Of a stretch of 64,000 nucleotides of DNA, positions 1-11,540 are shown piece after piece (positions within the stretch are counted from its first letter, which is position 1; each line of letters begins with the position of its first letter). Source of the stretch: Toensbergia leucococca. Taxonomy: Eukaryota. The position numbers and the translations under genes are program-made. Below the pieces are notes generated by a model that was not told where the DNA came from, did not search any database, and saw only the letters and a program-made list of their open reading frames with translations. The DNA lies in contig JALDZS010000003.1 of the NCBI GenBank assembly GCA_022813965.1, positions 62,001 through 126,000 of the forward strand, in the 5' to 3' direction.

Positions 1-1031
1 GTTCAGCCCATCCACTCTTACGTGCTAGGCCAGCCCTTACCCAAGGCCCCTGTCGACCACCTTACGCCTATCGAAGACTCAAACGAAAGCCCTGCGCCCA
101 CCATTGCTCTCTCGGACCTCCCCGAGCGCGATGAGCCCAGCTATTCAAATAAAGGCTACTTTCCTCCCCCTAACCCGAACCAAAAGCCGCTGACTCCTTT
201 CGATCCTTGGCTGTCGGTTAAGCCTTCTGCGCGGACTACTGTTACTGAACACACCACTAATCATATAGTCTATACTACTACTACTCTTGGTGAACACTCC
301 ACTACTCGTATAATCTATACTACTACTACCCCTGGCCCCATCATTATTACCCCTATTGTCTATTCTACTACAACTACTCGGGCCCCTGCTGCTCCCAGCC
401 CCGCTGCTCCCAGCCCAGGCACGTGCACTTACCCACCAAATCCAAAGACTGTCTGCACCTTGGCGTAAGTTCCCCCAGTTGGAATTTTGTTCCTCATTCC
501 CCTCCCCATACGTGAATAGCAACAGGACTAACGGATGCTTACAGAAATCAAGGAGAAGGCATGACATGTAATTGCATCGCCGACAGTGGACTATCCACGA
601 ACAAGCCAGCAAGTCCCCTCAATGGCAAAAATGGTGACAATGGATGGTGCTGTGAAGGCCCACCACCGTCAAAGAATTCGGCCCAAGTCGTCCATGGTCG
701 GTCACGTCATCTACAAGCACGCCGGGCTGTGGGTGCATTCCCGGTCCCAGCTCGTGAGCCTGACCGTGATGAAGGCTTGATGAGCGAGAGTGCGGAATCA
801 AGACAGCCTGTGAAGAGAGATGACTCCAAACCGTCACCAACTCCTGTCGAAGACGCTCAACGTCGACCACCCCACCCAGAAACGCATAGACATGATAGCC
901 CGACCTTAGCCCCATCTCCAGCCCCATCACCATCTCCCAGTGCCTGCGCTCCACTATGGATAGTGTACGATGGGCAACTTACGGAGAACCCAGCCTGCGT
1001 TGTTCCATCGACAAACTATGTTGGGGTTTAA
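1..1031 (+). CDS. Pro/Thr-rich hypothetical protein, probably secreted or surface (5'-partial, one intron 465-544)
   Basis: ORF 22-468 and ORF 561-1031 join in frame via GTAAGT(465)...ACTAAC...CAG(544). Thr-rich IVYTTTT repeats, PSPA repeats and a Cys-rich segment. Confidence 0.6.
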
Positions 1032-1482
1032 AATATGGGTTTAAGATGAGTTCAAAGAGGATGTTTCGCGTTGTACTTCTGTGCTGTACTAGATTAGCCT
1101 TAAACATATGAGATAAGTAAGGGTTTGTTTCCATATTTCCCAAATCAAGTGGAATTGTTAGACTGGGAAAAGCGCCCCAAGTGGTGACAGTGATGTGTAC
1201 TATAACCATGAACATTTACATTTTGTTCGAGGCCTTTCCAAATGTTGCTATTGATCAAAGGCTGTTTGTATGTTTAATATAAGTAAGGCGTAGATTCCCT
1301 ATTTGAACAGTTGAGAATTCACTTTCTAGGGCTTCTTTCAAGACAGACTCAAGATAACGTAATTCAGCAGGTTTCGTTTCAATGACAAGCGGTAGGCACG
1401 CCCGCACTGCTTTTACTTTGCATCTTTTCTTGCAAGTGCTCTCAACCGCCTTTGGCAGATCCAACTCTTCCCTACATCAGAA

Positions 1483-2616
1483 ATGCGTCTTTCAATCGCT
1501 GTCGTCGCTCTTTTGTCTATCTTCGACCAATTCTTTCTAGCTGCTGGAGACACCTTCCACAGGAGAGCCTTGAACATTCCAAAGCTATACCACCACCATG
1601 AATATGTCCGTCGGAAATTCCGCAATCCATTTCCCTACTCAGTCTTGAATCACGAGCTTTACCACGCTCGCAATGTCGTCGTCTCACCGACCTCTGTGGC
1701 TCCAAATATCAGCTCTCCTGCACCGCTTCCTATCCTCGCTTTTAGTTCGCGAGCAATGGATGCAATCTGGGACAACCGAACAGAGACTGCTTGCATGCAT
1801 GCACTCGCGCAGATGAATGGCACTGCCCCAAATCCTTCTGGTGTGGCAGCTTGCTATAACGTTGCGCATTTTGACAACTCTTCCGGTGTATTTCAGGCAG
1901 ATCTACGCATCTACCGAATATCTGCGCCTGTCGAAGATTGGGTTACGCTTGAGAGTGTACAGATAAGTGTTGGCATTGCATATAGCGGAGCAGCTATCGT
2001 TGGGTGGACACCAAACGTAGCAAAGAGGGGCGGTTTCTCAGAATCCTGGCCAGCTACTCAAAGCATCGACATGCTTCCCAAGAGATCCCCTCTTGCGGCC
2101 AATTCTCCGCAGAAACTCTCCATCCGCCAATTTTCCAGCAAAATAACTCAATACATGCCAGGCTCTGCTATAAATGAGTTAGTCACCGGCGCCTCGTTCC
2201 TATCGCTGAGTTTACTGACTGTTTTCCGCAGCGCAGCTCTCCAGGCTCTTTCCATCCCCACGATCACTCTGACTCTCCATGCAAAGAATGTTACCCCCAT
2301 CTCTACAATACTGTCACTTACACAAGCCTCCTTCCTTACTGGTCTCTTTGCACATCAGATTCCGGCCAACGCTAATTCAGACTCGAAAGCCATTGCGCCT
2401 CCCTTATCGACCCCGGTGATCCAGGATGTCGAATTCGTGATGCCGGGAACGAAACTGGAAGGATTCCCTACTGGGTTAGTCATTACTCTTTTATGGACTG
2501 TGCTGTTTGTTGTAACGGTAGGAGGTGGGACAATCATTCGAATGAAAGTGAGAGATCAGTATAAGAGGAGGATGAGACGGAGCTTGAAGAGTGAATCGAA
2601 GGTATTTGTATTATAG
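1483..2616 (+). CDS. Conserved fungal hypothetical protein with signal peptide and C-terminal TM helix (probable in-frame intron 2178-2231)
   Basis: Hydrophobic N-terminus; NPSGVAACYNV..FQADLRIY motif; TM FPTGLVITLLWTVLFVVTVGGG followed by a basic tail; GTTAGT...ACTGAC...CAG 54-nt intron. Confidence 0.75.
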   Translation: MRLSIAVVALLSIFDQFFLAAGDTFHRRALNIPKLYHHHEYVRRKFRNPFPYSVLNHELYHARNVVVSPTSVAPNISSPAPLPILAFSSRAMDAIWDNRTETACMHALAQMNGTAPNPSGVAACYNVAHFDNSSGVFQADLRIYRISAPVEDWVTLESVQISVGIAYSGAAIVGWTPNVAKRGGFSESWPATQSIDMLPKRSPLAANSPQKLSIRQFSSKITQYMPGSAINELVTGASFLSLSLLTVFRSAALQALSIPTITLTLHAKNVTPISTILSLTQASFLTGLFAHQIPANANSDSKAIAPPLSTPVIQDVEFVMPGTKLEGFPTGLVITLLWTVLFVVTVGGGTIIRMKVRDQYKRRMRRSLKSESKVFVL

Positions 2617-3154
2617 GTGCAACGGGAAGGGTTAGAAGGGCAGAGACTTTGCCCCGGATAGAAGGTGTTATATACTAAATTGCAATCTGAACCTGGTAGT
2701 ATTAGTTGGCGTGGTACAAATCGGGAGGATTTATGTAGATAGCCCGGATGTGTTTAATTGCATGGACTGAGCTTTTGCTGGTGAAACACCTTAAATGTTG
2801 TACCTGTTGTGAATACCTGTACAAGTATTTACTTCGTATTGGTTAGTGGTATCGTGCATACCTCGTAGCGAGTTACAGTTTCTGCGCAGCTATGATATTT
2901 GCCCGGGGAGACTTGAGGGGTTTTTCAAAGGCTTGTAGCCATTTATTTGCAAGCTGCAGAAGCCTTTTCATTGCTCGTGATTTAATCACCCCTGAATTTA
3001 ATGCAAGCCACTGTCGGATTTGATTAAATGCGAATCCTAGCCCATATGTGTTTGCATTCGGGAATGATCATGAGTATGAACTGAAAACAGGTTACGATTG
3101 AAATATGATTTTACTGGCTTTGAGAAAAAGTTATCTGTGTCGATCAGACAATGA

Positions 3155-4084
3155 CGGAAGACTAACTGTGACATACCGCAACATCGCGAAATCTAAAAAC
3201 TTCAATCATCAACATCACATCTCAATGTAGATATATTGTAATAACGTTCAATTCTCAACATCATTGTTGTGATAAAACAGAGTTGATGATGATTGATTCT
3301 ATAGCTTAGAAGGAGAACTGCTACATATAGGGCACTCACTAAGCATAAGAGCTAAAGAAGTGCAATTTCTCAACACTCCCTATCACTTTGAAAGCTCATG
3401 CCTTCTGTATAGCCTCTGCGCGTAGTCTTTTCTTCTCAACTTCCTCTGAATTCATGTCTTTGTGTTCATTCTTGTAGCTTCCTTCTAACAGTAAATATAT
3501 ATACTCATTCATTCATACATGCGTAGATTATAGACTGAAAGAGATGCTAGAAACACATTGTCTTGTCTACTGTGTAGAGCTTCTGTGACCTACATATTGT
3601 AGAGCTTCTATTGTCTGTTGATGATGTAGACCTATCACCGTGATCTTTGTAGAATAGTCAGGGATAAGGTCTTTTGTCAGTGAAATGTTGCCTTGTTATA
3701 GTCAGGGGTAAGGACTTTTGCTGGCATGATTGTTGCCTATGATTTAGATCTATTGAATTGATATTTGTAGTCAGAGATAAGAACTTGTTGCCGGCGTTAT
3801 TTTGTGTTGCCTACTGTGTGTGATGATACAGTGCTGAATTCCGTGCGCTGCTGACTTTCATGCGCTGCTGAATCTATGATGATGTAAGGCTTTCAATGTG
3901 CCTGCAAATAGCAGAGCTTTCAAAGGTCAGAGTCAGCGTCAATGATCTTGAGTACTTCAAGTACGCATCACAATATCTAGTGTTGTGATTGATGATATTG
4001 AAGAAATCTATCTGCAAAATCTGAAAATCAAGATTCAAGTTTTGTGATTTTGCGATCTTGCGGTAAGTAACAGTTAGGCTTCCC
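3155..4084. mobile_element. Degenerate non-autonomous DNA transposon with ~50-bp imperfect TIRs (Mutator-like)
   Basis: Left GGAAGACTAACTGTGACATACCGCAACATCGCGAAATC vs revcomp of right GGAAGCCTAACTGTTACTTACCGCAAGATCGCAAAATC. Flanks AGACAATGA/TAACAACGA match 6/9 (possible 9-bp TSD). Interior is AT-rich and CpG-poor. Confidence 0.75.
3654..3813 (+). repeat. Three diverged ~44-bp direct repeats (TAGTCAGRGRTAAG...TGTTGCCT) inside the TIR element
   Basis: Copies start near 3655, 3699 and 3768. Confidence 0.7.
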
Positions 4085-4368
4085 TAACAACGAGGCTTCA
4101 TGACCTTACTCATCATGTTCGCTGACGTGGTGACAGGTCGCGGCAGCAGTACGCGTCCCGAGCTGCTAAATATTCTAGCAATCCTAGATTTCTCCCGCTA
4201 TCAGGATTGAGGGATTGTGTAACTCCATACGCGTCATCAGTTCTGTATTTATCATGATCATGTTCTATCTCGCTATCTTCTGTAGACATCAAAGAGTCAA
4301 ATATTTGCCAGTCTCTTGGGCCTACCAGCCCAGTCCATTTACTTTCGTGCCATCTGATCTACACCACA

Positions 4369-6406
4369 ATGGCAACACATGAGGAAGAGGACTCCTTTCC
4401 TAACGAGCAATCCCCTTTGCTCCAGAACAATGCTTCTGACCAAGGAAACCCTGCGGTCTTACTTCCCACGGGTAAAGATATTCAGACTAGAGTTTTTGTC
4501 CTTATCCTCGGCTTGATTGTCACTACAATGCTTGCCATACAACTCCAAGATCCACCGCGGACACGTCTCTATGAATCTATCTACTGCCGTGGCTTCTATG
4601 GAGAGCACGATCCGAGTCGCATTGATCAAGGGGGTAACGTGGAGGAGCAATTTTGTAAGATTGAGCCGGTGCAGAGACAGGTCGCACTCTTGAAGGGATG
4701 GCTATCATTCTTTGATTATCTACCTGGTGAGTGCATAATATGCAGTGCTTTCCGGCTTCATTAATTGACATGGTAAAAGGTATATTTGTGGCGGTGCCAA
4801 TTGGAATACTGGCAGATGAATATGGGAGGAAATGGCTCACGGTCGTAAGCATGTTGTCCACATTGGGGCGGGCTGTGTGGATATACATTGTCTGTGAGTA
4901 TCGAGTCTATTGATGAGTGCTTTTTGATACTCATTGAAGCTCTGTAGGTGCATTTCCAGGTGCATTATCTATTCGTCTCATTTGGTTGGAAACTATACTC
5001 AATGTCTTCGGCGGTGGCACAATGGTTACCATTGCTCAATTATATGTGATGATTGCTGATGTCACCCCAAAGACTGAGACGTGAGTCAAGGAATTCTTAT
5101 ACTCCGTCATGCTTCCTTCTGCCACTCCATATTGTCTCCGGAAATCCGGTAGCCTATCCAGGGCATGTCGAAACCCCGCTTTGTTGGTGGGCTTCTTGCC
5201 TCTGTGTAAAGCCAATGAGCTACAGGAGACAGAGTCAATGTTTGTGTCTACCCTTGGGGCTAGCTATCTCTCCTGTGGCTCAACGCTGGTTGTCTTCACC
5301 AGTCTGGAAGAAATGCTGATACAAGAATTGGACACGATAGGGCTACTACATTCTTCCGTCTTCAAGCAGCGATGTTTGCGTGCATGGTTGTCGCACCACC
5401 AATCAGTGCAGTCACCATGGAGCGTGATCCTTGGATTGCAATGTCTCTTGCTATATATCTCCAAGCGCTCAGTATACCTATCGCACTAGCCCTACCAGAA
5501 ACCCTTGGTGTCCAGAGGGACGATGACTTGGGTTCAACTCCCACGAATAGTAATGAAGAGAACAGCGATTCCGTTTCGCTCAGCGCCACATTCAGCTCTG
5601 GTAAAGGCAGCCCGCTCAGTCGTATGCAGAGTAGCCTGTCGTCTCTGCTAAGCGACTCAGCTTTCCTCTTCCACGATTGGCGAATCGTATTTTTCATGTT
5701 CCTCTTATCCATGATCATGGCAATCAATGGTCTGGATAGCGTTCTGCTTCAGTACATCTCTCAGCGCTACAATTGGACCCTGGCGCGTTCAACCTATATC
5801 TATTCCCTCCAGGCTTGCATAGCCATCATAGGCCTCCTCATACTTATCCCATTATTGTCAACCTACCTGCTTGAGAAAATGTCCTTTAGCGCTTCGAGGA
5901 AAAACCTCCTTATCTCTCGCATCAGTCTCGCATTACTTGCATTCGGTTCCATATTGCAGGGCGTCGCGCCCAACATTTCTGTGCTCTTTGCTGGCCTCAC
6001 GATCTGCATACTCGGTACTGGGGTCGGTGCTTCGACCCGGGCGCTCATTACCTCTTATGTCATGCAGGACGAGGTCGCAAGGTTGTATAGTGCGATTGCT
6101 ACTGCTGAGACGGTGGGTATGATGGCCTCGGGCCCTCTAGTGGCAAGTCTTTTTAGCATTGGGCTGGGGAGAGGTGGAGGTATCTGGTTAGGCCTGCCAT
6201 TTGTGGTCGTTGGGGTGGTGCTGGGATTTGCGGCAGTAGGGATGTGTATGTTGCGATTTGAGAGGAACAAGGAAGGGGAGCATAGGAGGGAAGAAGATGG
6301 GCCACCAAATGACCTGGTGGGGACTTGGGAAGAGGACATCAGAGTGGGTGGCTTGATTAATGGACTGCTCAGAGTGGAAGATGTGCTTGACGTTCATCGA
6401 TCCTAA
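4369..6406 (+). CDS. MFS transporter (introns 4727-4779, 4894-4947, 5081-5340)
   Basis: Motif A GILADEYGRK, multiple TM segments, N-terminal E..CK...VQ..VA motif typical of fungal MFS; canonical splice sites restore the frame. Confidence 0.88.
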
Positions 6407-7572
6407 GCTTGGAATATGAATCAAAATATAGACTATCTCTTGATATATATTCTGACCTTTTAACTTCTGACGTTTGTCCATAAGTCTTTCGATCACCTTT
6501 GGCCCTGCCTAGGACGAAGATAATATTCTTCTACTCGTACACTGAAAAGCACCACCAGTCGCTGACAGGCTTACTAAGATGTGATTTGACCCTAGAATTC
6601 GATCGTAACGACGTTTGTACCTACTTCAGATATTTTTTGTATTGGAGTCCAACTTGCTCTTGCGTTATTTGAAGTTTTTCAAATATGGAGAATTTGAGTT
6701 TTGCGAGAACATTCTAATTATTCGCTATTGCATTTATCGAAATCCACAGGAAATGGCACTTAGTTGATGGGCGACTACTCTGGAACAATTGTGTGGAGAG
6801 AAAGCTGGGATGTCCGATAAGCACTGAAAGTGTGGAGGATAAGATTCCGCTGCCGCCCGCATTCTTCGAAAGGTCTGACAATAACGACCAATGTTCTGGA
6901 AGCTTGCTGGAATTACCGGATCTAGGGTATGTCTTCTATTCCATTTCACTAGCGTTGCTTTCTGATGCACGACGATCGTGATCGCAAGACTGTGGCGAGT
7001 TGAAGATATGATGGAGACCGAGTCAGAATAGCCGGATACCCCGAAGGAATGGATCGCCGCTGACGACTTCTCTCCCTAATGCGAAAAGACTGCTGTATGT
7101 AACATGGTTGCTTCTTTTGCTGCAAAGACCGGATAATTAGCTGAAGCTTGAATTAATGAGAACAATGAAGTAAATGCAGTGATGCTGCTGAACACAGCCT
7201 TTCTTCGGCGGTGAGAGAAACGGTAGAATCGTAGGGCTAAAAAAGGAGTTGGACTTGACTATTTCGGGCTAGCATCGGCCACAATTTTTTTTCGAGTGGT
7301 TTGCTCGTAAGAGCCACTTTCACACAGCCCTTCCCTTTCATTCCTCTTCCTTTTACACAATCTCATATCACCTGCCTAGATCTTACCTTCCTCCCATCTA
7401 AGAGCCCCTCGAGTCCTGCTATAGACCAGTTACAAAGGACGCACTTTACGTTTTCTTTGCAAGCCACGCCAGTTTTCCCCTTTTGTGATACCCTACCTAT
7501 TTTCACTCGCCACATTCATCAATCCGTCAAGTCGACATATCCACAAATCGGAAGCCCTCTAGTTCTGGCGAC

Positions 7573-10500
7573 ATGCCCTCCGTCGAAACTATGGAGTCTG
7601 TACCATCAAATGCGGCAAATACCAAGAGCGAAAATCAGAAATCAGTTCAGGTGCTCGATGAACTCCTAAGCAAATTGACTATCTCGAAGACTGCAGATGA
7701 AACGAGCGCTGCTGCTGGCAACATCGCTACATTCATCAACGGTGCTATTGAAGAGCATGACGCTCCTACTAAGTGAGTTTTAAAGTCCCCACTCGTTTTC
7801 TCAGTCCCGAGATGCCGCCTTTCTCACGGTCGCATGAATAAAGTCATACATACTGCTAGCTCACCTGCTTACATCCACCACATAGAGCCGTAGACGTACT
7901 CAAGAAACAACTTGCCAACAAGAAAGATGCTGGCGCTCGAGAACGTGGCCTTAACGCCATCCAAGCTATTGCTCAACACTCATCTGTCTCACCCGCCGTT
8001 GAGCCTTACTTGGTTGCATTACTGCCTCCCACTCTATCTGCAGTTGGCGATAAAATGACACCCGTCAAGACAGCTGCCCAAGCAGCGTCACTCGCAATTG
8101 TCAAAGCAGTCAATCCTAATGCTGTGAAGGCCGTTCTGCCTCCCGTCATAAAATCGATCCTCACCGCTCAAAAATGGCCGGAGAAGATGACTGGTCTTTT
8201 GTGTATTGAAGCTCTTGTTGAAAGTGCCCCAGCTCAGCTTGCATACCGTGTACCTGAACTCATCCCTGTCGTTTCTGAGTCGATGTGGGACACTAAGCCA
8301 GAGGTCAAGAAAGCGGCTTACGGAACCATGGAGAAAGTTTGCGGCCTAATTGTAAACAAAGACATTGATCGATTTATTCCAGAGCTTATCAAGTGTATTG
8401 CCAAGCCAGAAAATGTGCCCGAGACCGTGCATCTTCTCGGTGCGACTACATTTGTCACTGACGTCCACGAACCTACACTCGCCATTATGGTCCCCCTTCT
8501 GGATCGTGGCCTGGCAGAGCGGGAGACCGCTATCAAGAGGAAGTCGGCCGTTATTGTTGATAACATGTGCAAGTTGGTTGAAGATCCTCAGATTGTTGCT
8601 GCATTCTTACCAAAATTAATGCCTGCATTGCAAAAGAACTACGAGAATTTGGCGGATCCAGAGGCGCGTGAGAAAACGAAGCAAGGTCTTGATACACTTG
8701 TCCGTGTTGGCGCTGTCAAGGACGGCAAAATTCCAGAAGTCTCACATGCAGGCGACGTCTCAACAGTCTCCGCCATTCTAAAACAAGTCTTCGAGCCGAA
8801 GCACAAGGATGCTGCTACCAAATTTGCGCCAGCAATCGAATACATTTCAGCTATTGCGGGCCAACTTATCGATGAAAAGGACAATGACAGTGCTAGCTGG
8901 ACCGAAAATACACTCCCGTACATAACGGCTATTGTTGGCGACGTTGATTCGAAACCCATCGCTGATGCTCTTCGAAAGCGTGCATCTCCAGGCGCTCTTG
9001 ACGAAGCGGAATCAGAGGAAGACGATGAAGAAGGCGAGGACTTGTGTAATTGCACATTCAACTTGGCATACGGTGCAAAAATTCTTCTTAATCAGACCCA
9101 TCTGCGGCTGAAGCGCGGGCAGCGATATGGTCTGCTCGGTCCCAATGGATCTGGCAAATCTACTTTGATGCGTGCCATCAACAACGAACAAGTTGAAGGG
9201 TTTCCGAAAAAGAGCGAAGTCAAGACTGTCTTCGTCGAGCATGACCTTGACTCGGCCGATACTGAACAGACCGTCATGGCCTGGACGCAAAAGAAACTTG
9301 CAGAGGTTGGCATTCACACCGACAAGTCCGAAATCGAGTCTCGATTAGTGGAATTTGGTTTCCTTCAAGAACAATTTGAGGGTCCTATTACCGCTCTTTC
9401 TGGCGGCTGGAAGATGAAGCTTGCGCTTGCTCGAGCTGTTTTCGAAGACCCTGATATTCTCCTTCTCGATGAACCGACCAATCACTTGGATGTTAAGAAT
9501 GTGAAATGGCTGGAGAAGTACCTCACTGAATCACCTTGTACTTCAATTATCGTCTCTCACGACAGCAAATTCCTCAACAATGTGATTCAGCATGTCATTC
9601 ATTACGAGCGCTACAAGCTTAGACGTTATCGCGGCAATCTAGGCGAGTTCGTGAAGAAAGTCCCATCTGCAAGATCTTACTATGAGCTCAGCGCGTCAGA
9701 GATGGAATTCAGATTTCCAGAACCCGGTTATCTGGAGGGCGTCAAGACCAAGGCCAAGGCTATCGTTCGTGTTAACAACATGACATTCCAATACCCAGGT
9801 ACCACAAAGCCTCAGATCTCCGACATTACTTTCCAATGCTCCCTTGGCTCTCGTATTGCTGTCATCGGTCCTAATGGTGCTGGCAAATCGACCTTGATTA
9901 ACGTTTTGACTGGAGAGCTCATTCCGACCATTGGTGATGTTTACACACATGAGAATATCCGCATTGCATACATCAAGCAACACGCTTTTGCCCACATCGA
10001 TCACCATCTAGATCTCACTCCATCTGAGTATATCCAGTGGCGTTTCCAGACCGGTGAAGATCGTGAAACCATGGATCGTGCAAACAAGATCGTTACCGAC
10101 GAAGATGAGAAGGCTATGGACAAAATCTATAGAATTGAAGGAACTCAGCGACGAGTAATCGGCATTCATTCTCGGAGAAAGTTCAAGAACTCGTACGAGT
10201 ACGAGTGTTCTTTTGTGCTTGGCGAGAACGTCGGTCAAAAGGGCGAGAAATGGACACCAATGATGACAGCCGATAATGCCTGGATTCCTCGTACTGAGAT
10301 CTTGGTTTCACATTCCAAGATGGTAGCAGACGTAGATCAGAAGGAGGCTTTGGCCAGTGGCCAATTCCGTCCGTTGGTGCGCAAGGAGATTGAAGCGCAT
10401 TGCGCCAACTTTGGCATCGATGCTGAACTCGTGTCTCATTCACGTATGCGTGGTCTTTCTGGAGGTCAGCGTGTAAAGGTTGTCCTCGCTGCATGCTCAT

Positions 10501-10949
10501 GGCAGCGACCACATTTGATTGTGTTGGACGAGCCAACCAACTACCTCGATCGTGACTCTTTAGGTGCCCTATCTAAGGCTCTGAAATCCTTCGAAGGAGG
10601 TGTTATCATCATTACTCATTCTGCCGAATTCACACAGAATCTGACCGAAGAAGTGTGGGCCGTTATGGATGGCAAGATGGTACGTAACTTTAACCCATTG
10701 CTCTATTAACAAGAGCATGACAGCTAACAACTATAGGTTCCCTCTGGGCACTCATGGGTTCAAGGCCAGGGCAGTGGCCCACGTCTTACTGACAAGGATG
10801 ATGAAGAGGACCGTTTCGACGCCATGGGTAACAAGATCGAAGGAAACAAGAAAGCCAAAAAACTCACGTCGGCCGAGCTAAGAAAGAAGAAGAAGGACCG
10901 CATGGCACGTCGCAAGCGTGGAGAGGAGGTTTTCAGTGATGAGGAGTAA
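7573..10949 (+). CDS. YEF3: Translation elongation factor eEF3 (introns 7773-7885, 10680-10736)
   Basis: HEAT-like N-terminus, two ABC domains ([49 protein letters not shown]), chromodomain insert, basic tail ending GEEVFSDEE. Confidence 0.97.
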
Positions 10950-11540
10950 GCTTCGATGTTCCGACACGGCTCCACGAGTGTATTTCCAGTATATGTCTCC
11001 TTTAGAGGGCGGGGTTTACCGGTTGGTGTTAATGCACGAAAAGTTCATGACGGTTGATGCAAGACTTTTTCTTTAGGATGATGGCATGTTGTTTTCTGCT
11101 CGTTCGTGTCCTCTCAGGGTAGCTTGATGCTACATTTGCAAGGTGTCCTGGGCTCCAAGAGGGCAGTCTTTAGGTTCTATTGTACTATTTCTTCTTATAG
11201 ACAGAGATTAGACACTAGATCATGGCATTTTTTTGTTCAATGCGCACATCAAATCGACAATTTCTTGTGGTTATTCGTCCATAAACCATCTTGTTACCTT
11301 GTTCCAATAATCATGCCTAATTTTTGGTGAATGAAACCCCTTGTGCAAGAACGTTTGTTGATGGTATGCGACAGTACAGTTCAAATTTACCTACGGGGAA
11401 TGTGTCATTAGGATTGTAATCGAAAGAATAGACAATTTGACAGGAGCTTTGATTGGGTAAAGAGCCGAACCAGCCCCTTAGAATATTAGTAAAGAAATCT
11501 TGTTAGCTTGTAGACAAAACAATTCACAAAAATAGCCACG

